Below, one piece after another: positions 58,681-64,000 of a stretch of 64,000 nucleotides of DNA. Location: contig JBGTSY010000009.1 in assembly GCA_041940025.1 (NCBI GenBank), positions 9,110 to 73,109 on the forward strand, read 5' to 3'. This DNA is from Thiotrichaceae bacterium. GTDB taxonomy: Bacteria > Pseudomonadota > Gammaproteobacteria > UBA5859. Position 1 is the stretch's first letter, and the number at the start of each line of letters is the position of its first letter. The translations under genes and the position numbers were made by a program. The notes below the pieces were generated by a model. The model saw nothing but the letters and a program-made list of their open reading frames with translations. It searched no databases and was not told where the DNA came from.

Positions 58681-59094
58681 AGCGTCCTTTTACAGTATTT
58701 TTTATATGCATGACTTTCAAGAGTGTGCTGTTTCATTTTGTTGATTTACTATGGAGTCGTTTCATTGATTCTCATGTTTTTGCATAGATCGTATATCCTT
58801 AGAATAAGAATTCAGAATTCAATTTATTTGAATCGTTTGCATGATTAAGTATGGGTGGCACAGCTGGTAGAGTGTTTGGCGATGACGGCGCATCACCTTA
58901 TGAAGAACTGCTGACTTTTAGTTAGTCGTCTAGTTTAGAGCGGTAGTGAAACATTCCTAAACAGTAGAAGTGATATCTGTGTGACCTGTTGTATAAAAAC
59001 TATCCAGTTTCGTTGCGTATCGTTTTTTAGTTCATTCACTTTTTAAAAAGCACTATAATTTAGTGGTTAATTATGATTTTGTATCAAATCGTGG

Positions 59095-60450
59095 ATGTGT
59101 GTGATGGAAGCTGTTCCCAGTAGGCCAATACTACTAGCGGTGTCGAATTCGATAAGTGATGACGTTCGATGCAAATTATCAACCGTATTTAAAAATAGTG
59201 AATTGATTATCGATGATCCTTTAGATGAGAATAACTGCGGTCGTCGGATCAGTTATTCTTGGGGGTTTATTTATGTTCCCACTCATTTAGATAGTGCTTG
59301 GATCAGCTGGTCACGAAACCTGTTTCGGAGCAAGGTAGCTCGAAACTGGATTGCAATGTTAGAAGATGTGTTTACCGTCAACGAGCAAAAGTATCAATTC
59401 CTGTCAGTTGACACGATGGGCTACATTCAAATATTCGACGCCCTATCCGATAATTTATTTTCTGCAATCATCACACCCTGGGAACTAAATACCACAAAAA
59501 AGGAGGTTTCCCTTGGTGCCTTGGTAGGAAGAAGTGCCTCCATCGCAAGAGTCAACGAACTCATTGTGAGATTCTCCAAAGTGGATAGTCCTGTCATTTT
59601 GTCCGGAGAAACAGGAACGGGCAAAGAGCTTATCGCAAGAGAGCTTCATCGACGATCACACTACTGTCAGGGGCCTTTCATCGCTTTAAATTGTGGTGCG
59701 ATTCCAGATGAATTATTTGAAGCGGAAATGTTTGGCTACGTTGCCGGAGCATTTACAGATGCAAAAACTGATCGGGAGGGCTGGTTACAGAAAGCGCATA
59801 AAGGTACCCTATTTTTAGATGAGATCGCGGAGTTGTCACTGCGTAGCCAAGCGAAGTTGCTGCGGGTGTTAGAACGAAAAGCCGTTACGCCGATAGGTAC
59901 AAATCAATCATTTGATTTAGATGTGCGTATAGTGGCCGCCTCACATGTTGATTTACGGCAGGCGATAGTGGAAAAGAGATTCCGGGAAGATCTATTCTAT
60001 CGGCTAGATGTGCTACACATCCAAGCACCCCCGCTGAGAGAACGTAGTGAGGATATTTTATTACTTGCATCAAATATATTGAGGCAGTTATGCAACGAAT
60101 TAAATCTTCCTGTACGTCAAATCTGCTTCGAGTCACTGTTTATTCTCACATCCTATACGTGGCCGGGAAATGTGCGAGAGTTAATCAATAAATTGAAGCA
60201 AATTTGTATCTTAAGTGACGCATTGGTACTAGAAGCAAAGCATCTAGAAATTTTTGGATTACCGACATTTGCTCTCAACCAGTTCAACTCAGTACCTCTT
60301 CTTGATACGGCAATATCACGCGCAGAACTCAACGCGGTGGCTGAAGCACTAAGTGCGACAGGAGATAACATCTCAGCATCTGCGCGTTTATTGGGTGTTT
60401 CCCGAATGACTCTTTATAGATTAATTAGAAAACACAAAATCATTTTGTAA
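59095..60450 (+). CDS. Sigma54-dependent enhancer-binding activator (atypical N-terminus, AAA+, Fis-type HTH)
   Basis: Walker A 'GETGTGKE', 'GAFTDA', Walker B 'LFLDEI', 'FREDLFYRL', 'WPGNVREL', HTH 'NISASARLLGVSRMTLYRLI'. Confidence 0.93.
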   Translation: MCVMEAVPSRPILLAVSNSISDDVRCKLSTVFKNSELIIDDPLDENNCGRRISYSWGFIYVPTHLDSAWISWSRNLFRSKVARNWIAMLEDVFTVNEQKYQFLSVDTMGYIQIFDALSDNLFSAIITPWELNTTKKEVSLGALVGRSASIARVNELIVRFSKVDSPVILSGETGTGKELIARELHRRSHYCQGPFIALNCGAIPDELFEAEMFGYVAGAFTDAKTDREGWLQKAHKGTLFLDEIAELSLRSQAKLLRVLERKAVTPIGTNQSFDLDVRIVAASHVDLRQAIVEKRFREDLFYRLDVLHIQAPPLRERSEDILLLASNILRQLCNELNLPVRQICFESLFILTSYTWPGNVRELINKLKQICILSDALVLEAKHLEIFGLPTFALNQFNSVPLLDTAISRAELNAVAEALSATGDNISASARLLGVSRMTLYRLIRKHKIIL

Positions 60451-60662
60451 AGAGCGCTTGTCGACTCTCTGTTTGATTCTAGGAATGGAGATCCAAAATG
60501 AATTCGTGCGTCACTCGCTTGTCACCTTCTCTTTATTAACAAGAGATTACAAATTTACACCTTGGTAGTATTTTAGAAATTAACTATAACTATTTAATTA
60601 GGTCACAACTATGCGGTCGATCAGTAAAAATAATCGCCGGAATAAGAGTGGTGTGAATTGGG

Positions 60663-60680
60663 TGTCTCAATATTGATACA
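60663..60680. promoter_or_regulatory. Candidate upstream activator sequence (enhancer)
   Basis: TGTCTCAAT-ATTGATACA, an 18-bp palindrome with 1 mismatch (TGT-N12-ACA), about 155 bp upstream of the -24 element. Confidence 0.5.
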
Positions 60681-60833
60681 GATTAAAATAAGTATCTAAC
60701 TGATTGTTTATAAATGCTATGTTGATTTAATTGAATAAATAGATGTTTGGGTTTTTAACGGTATATTAGATATTTTGAAAAAAATCCAGTTATCTTGGCA
60801 ATATTATTATAAAAAACAATAAGATATCATTCA

Positions 60834-60848
60834 TGGCATGAATTTCGC
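60834..60848 (+). promoter_or_regulatory. Sigma54 (-24/-12) promoter
   Basis: TGGCATGAATTTCGC has exact GG-N10-GC spacing and lies 40 bp upstream of ATG 60889. Confidence 0.7.
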
Positions 60849-60888
60849 CCTCTGCGGTAACTGAGTAAAAAGTTATGGGGGCAAATGC

Positions 60889-61656
60889 ATGAAACCGGTA
60901 TTATCCATCACGGTATTCCGTAGTGCGATTACAGATCTTAACAATCTGAGTCACTCGAAATACCTAGTTGTGTTGTTCTGCTACACGATTCTAGCTAGGA
61001 CTGTTCTAGCCGGATCTGACGTCCCAACATCTCAATTATCTCCCGCTAGCCATGACACTCTCACCACTTTAGTCACTCTCGTTGGTGCAAATACCACAGC
61101 CAGTAGCCACACCAGTCGTATCGAAGGCGATTCGTTTTCCGGGGTGAGCGGTATCGTAGAAGTCAATGTCACCGGCGGTGATCTTTCCATTCAACAAAAT
61201 TCAGCTGCCATTGTGGAATCCAGTGCCTACGGATTGGCATTCGTAGAGGCCTATCAGAAACGACAAGTAGACGAGCTTAGTCGATCAACAACCAATGGGA
61301 TGCGGTCGGATGCAGCGATAAAAGATAATGCATTTGACCATGCACTCGGATTGATCATGGTAAACCAGTCCAGTGGTGGTGAGAACACTCAAGTAAATGG
61401 TGCCGCTATCGCCTTAGGAGGGCTGGTAGCTATTGGCGGCGTGCAGCTAAATGACAACACCTTGGACCAATCCTACGGTATTGCAACACCGATCTCCGCA
61501 GGGGTAGGTGACGGAGGCAGCGTGAATAACGTTGATACGACCACGATTGACCCGAGCAGTTTTACCGGCGCCAGAGGTATTTTTCTAATTAATCAAGTAT
61601 CGGGTAGAAACAATTACTCGGGCAATAGTTTTACTCTGACTACGTCTCCTAAGTAA
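60889..61656 (+). CDS. FapB-like amyloid nucleator/minor subunit
   Basis: Hydrophobic N-terminus and three imperfect repeats: 'SRIEGDSFSGVSGIVEVNVTGGDLSIQQNS', 'AAIKDNAFDHALGLIMVNQSSGGENTQVNG', 'TTIDPSSFTGARGIFLINQVSGRNNYSGNS'. Confidence 0.75.
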   Translation: MKPVLSITVFRSAITDLNNLSHSKYLVVLFCYTILARTVLAGSDVPTSQLSPASHDTLTTLVTLVGANTTASSHTSRIEGDSFSGVSGIVEVNVTGGDLSIQQNSAAIVESSAYGLAFVEAYQKRQVDELSRSTTNGMRSDAAIKDNAFDHALGLIMVNQSSGGENTQVNGAAIALGGLVAIGGVQLNDNTLDQSYGIATPISAGVGDGGSVNNVDTTTIDPSSFTGARGIFLINQVSGRNNYSGNSFTLTTSPK

Positions 61657-61742
61657 GGTGTAGTCGGAGTAAAAATTGTTTGCTCATACGGGGCAAGCTT
61701 TTTTTCTGTTCATAAATTACCAACAATGAGGAGTACAAGTAA

Positions 61743-63563
61743 ATGAAATGCAAACGTTTACCTTTAGCTATTGCAGTTGCAAGCGCGATGGGCGCAGGTG
61801 TGGCAAGTGCAGACGAAGGCAATAGAGGTGACTACGAAAAGAGCAATATTCACATCGATAAAGATGTGGATGTAACCCATGAACTGCACCACAAAGGAAA
61901 GATCTATACGGCAGGAGTCGTCTTGGTGGATTCCACGGCAACGGCATTGTCTGAAGTGGAACAAAAGGTGAAGGAAAATACGTTATCTGAACAGCAAATG
62001 TTCATTGAGCCCAATTCTGAGAATCCTGTTGTGATGTTTGGAGGCAGTGTTGACGATCAAAACAGCGCTACTTTGTCTGGTAATGTGTTAAAAGGCAGTA
62101 CAGGTAACGCGGGCGTTAATATCGTTGGTGGTTCCACCAATGCTCAGCAAAACTCTGTTTCTATCGCAGAAGGCGATTCGCGCGGGCATGTAGTGGACAT
62201 ACCAATTGAGTTCAGTACTAGTGAAACCTTCAAAGACAATTACAGCGATTCAGAAACCTGGAGCACGGAGTCTTGGGATAACCACCAAGTGACCCATACC
62301 TCAGATACTGCCACCAGTAGCAGCAGTAGTTCGTTAAGCGTAGAGTTGGATATCGACGAGCATGGCGGCATGATCAATGCTGACGTGGGCGGCGCTACAA
62401 CTGTCGATGCAAGCGCGGAAGCGGGAGACGGTGTTGGGCCGGAAGGGCAGATCTCAAAATCAGTTGAAGGTAATGTCAATGGTACGGTAGAAAACAGCTA
62501 TGTGTCTGTGCAAACTTCTGGCGAATTTGACAGTAACATTGGAGGCGATGCGCACAGTGGAGAAGGTAGCAAAGATCTAAACTCTGTTTCTGCTGCGGGC
62601 GAGTTTGAGACAGATTCGAAGCTATACGTCGAGGATGGATCCATCTCCTACATGGTCGAGGGAGAAGATGAGCAATCTTGGGAAAGTGACTCCACACACA
62701 CAGATGGTACTGTCTCTGTAACGGATGGTGAGTCGTCTACCGAATATGTGGATGAGTCTGACTACTCCTTTAATACTGAGTTTGATATCAATCTGATGTT
62801 CGGTGGGGCAGCAGAGGCCGAAACCTTTGCCAAACAGAAAGTCGCATATAACCAGAATCCTTCTTCTGGATACAATATTGCTTCAATCTCCGATGACGTG
62901 GCAATGAATTTTAGCGGAAACATTGGAGTCAATGTGGTTGCTGGGCACAACAACGCTCAAGCTAATCAGTTAGCACTTGCTGAAAATGATGGGGTAATGG
63001 CTTTAGCGACTGCAACCTCTTATCAATCTGTTTATGGGAATGTCTCACAAGGTCAAGGCTATATCGCAGTTGTGGATGAAGAATATTCACTATCTGGTGA
63101 TGTCGATGGCTATACTGTTGGTTACTCAGATCAACTGGGCGATGTCTATCCAGACACATGGGAAGGCAAACCTGGGCCTAACCCACATCCGACCATCGGA
63201 AAAATGATTGGCCACAATGACATCGATAGCGATACTCAAGGTGCGCAACAAGTGGTGGTTATGGCCAATGGTACACAGAAAGTAGTACAACGTGGGTATG
63301 TATTACAACCGGGCGAATACTATCTCGCTGAAGGTGGGGCCTACGTTTACAAAGAAGTTGGCGCTGTAGACTTAGGTGAAGTCACCTTGTCTGGTACCCT
63401 CAAGCATCTTGATATTGTTGAATATCAGGTTGTAAATGATGCGTCCATCTCTGGCAATGCTTTCATGGGAGCGAAAGGCAATATCGCTGTTAACGTTGCT
63501 TCTGGTAGCGGTAATGCGCAAGGCAATGCTTTGGCTATTTCAAGCATGAATGCGCCAGAATAA
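61743..63563 (+). CDS. FapC-like major functional-amyloid subunit with very long linkers
   Basis: Signal peptide and three ~37-aa repeats (N.A.(L/I)S.....(S/K)GN(A/I)(G/A)VN(I/V)..G..NAQ.N) at about 62055, 62871 and 63432. Strong RBS (gaggag). Confidence 0.8.
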   Translation: MKCKRLPLAIAVASAMGAGVASADEGNRGDYEKSNIHIDKDVDVTHELHHKGKIYTAGVVLVDSTATALSEVEQKVKENTLSEQQMFIEPNSENPVVMFGGSVDDQNSATLSGNVLKGSTGNAGVNIVGGSTNAQQNSVSIAEGDSRGHVVDIPIEFSTSETFKDNYSDSETWSTESWDNHQVTHTSDTATSSSSSSLSVELDIDEHGGMINADVGGATTVDASAEAGDGVGPEGQISKSVEGNVNGTVENSYVSVQTSGEFDSNIGGDAHSGEGSKDLNSVSAAGEFETDSKLYVEDGSISYMVEGEDEQSWESDSTHTDGTVSVTDGESSTEYVDESDYSFNTEFDINLMFGGAAEAETFAKQKVAYNQNPSSGYNIASISDDVAMNFSGNIGVNVVAGHNNAQANQLALAENDGVMALATATSYQSVYGNVSQGQGYIAVVDEEYSLSGDVDGYTVGYSDQLGDVYPDTWEGKPGPNPHPTIGKMIGHNDIDSDTQGAQQVVVMANGTQKVVQRGYVLQPGEYYLAEGGAYVYKEVGAVDLGEVTLSGTLKHLDIVEYQVVNDASISGNAFMGAKGNIAVNVASGSGNAQGNALAISSMNAPE

Positions 63564-63578
63564 ATAGTTAGGGAGGTT

Positions 63579-63606
63579 GAGGAGCATCGTTTACATGATG
63601 CTCCTC
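63579..63606 (+). terminator. Stem-loop after the FapC-like gene
   Basis: Perfect 10-bp stem GAGGAGCATC/GATGCTCCTC with an 8-nt loop, followed by a T-rich tract. Confidence 0.7.
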
Positions 63607-63660
63607 CATTTTATTTAGAACGAATTACGCTCGTTCATTATAATTATTAGTTTTTATACA

Positions 63661-64000
63661 ATGTGCATATCGAATCGAAACATACATCCGGCGACAGTTT
63701 TATTGTTGCATGCGGCTCTGTTGGTCTGTCTGTCGTTTAGCTTAAGTGCAGAAGAGTCAAAAGACTCTCAGGTTGTCCTATATCACCCTTCTGGTTTTGG
63801 TGTGGAGACCAAATCAGTGGTGAGTATGCGTGATAATAAATTCGACAATCTAGTAGAACAACAGTTTGATTTTAGCTGTGGCGCCGCTGCAGCCAGCACT
63901 ATCCTACAGTACGCCTATAATATGAATGTGACCGAGTTGGATGTCATTATGGGATTATCTAAGGTGGCTAATACCGACATTGCGAAACAGAAAGGGTATT
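63661..64000 (+). CDS. C39-family peptidase (FapD-like), truncated by the window end
   Basis: Open frame from ATG 63661 with a signal-like N-terminus, then 'VEQQFDFSCGAAAASTILQY', the C39 catalytic Cys motif. Not in the ORF track because there is no stop in the window. Confidence 0.85.
   Translation, partial: MCISNRNIHPATVLLLHAALLVCLSFSLSAEESKDSQVVLYHPSGFGVETKSVVSMRDNKFDNLVEQQFDFSCGAAAASTILQYAYNMNVTELDVIMGLSKVANTDIAKQKGY

Noticed and set aside
1-64000. tRNA, rRNA, prophage, restriction-modification or CRISPR-Cas genes
   Set aside because: No supporting motifs were seen anywhere in the window.

Overview
Gammaproteobacterial chromosome segment, mostly accessory genes, with signs of erosion. 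Left to right: (1) cassette-like small genes (VOC, TfoX-C, methyltransferase) with attC-like relics; (2) a divergent iron-uptake unit with a Fur box (PepSY-TM genes; TBDR-tonB-exbB-exbD) and a second TBDR; (3) an isoaspartyl peptidase, a Zn-ADH pseudogene, an SGNH hydrolase and a SAM methyltransferase; (4) czcI-C-B-A-D metal efflux followed by sterol-desaturase and DedA genes; (5) a surface-polysaccharide locus: multi-VanZ protein, OafA-like acyltransferase, IS relics, decayed manC, manB, wzm, wzt, a FkbM methyltransferase carrying a 4x42-bp coiled-coil repeat, a chimeric GT4 formed by a 1.82-kb tandem duplication, a three-domain GT4, and a 14-codon GT2 stub at a rearrangement junction with a broken MMPL gene; (6) a three-gene pntAA/AB/B; (7) a zrg-like zinc cluster whose Zur is frameshifted, lying between two decayed IS5 relics; (8) a sigma54 activator, a candidate enhancer and a -24/-12 promoter ahead of a Fap-like functional-amyloid operon (FapB-like, an oversized 606-aa FapC-like protein, and a C39 peptidase running off the window). 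The most interesting items are the amyloid operon with its own sigma54 circuit, the ruler-like repeat and chimeric GT in the polysaccharide locus, and the Zur frameshift. All family calls come from motif recognition by eye; no database searches were run.
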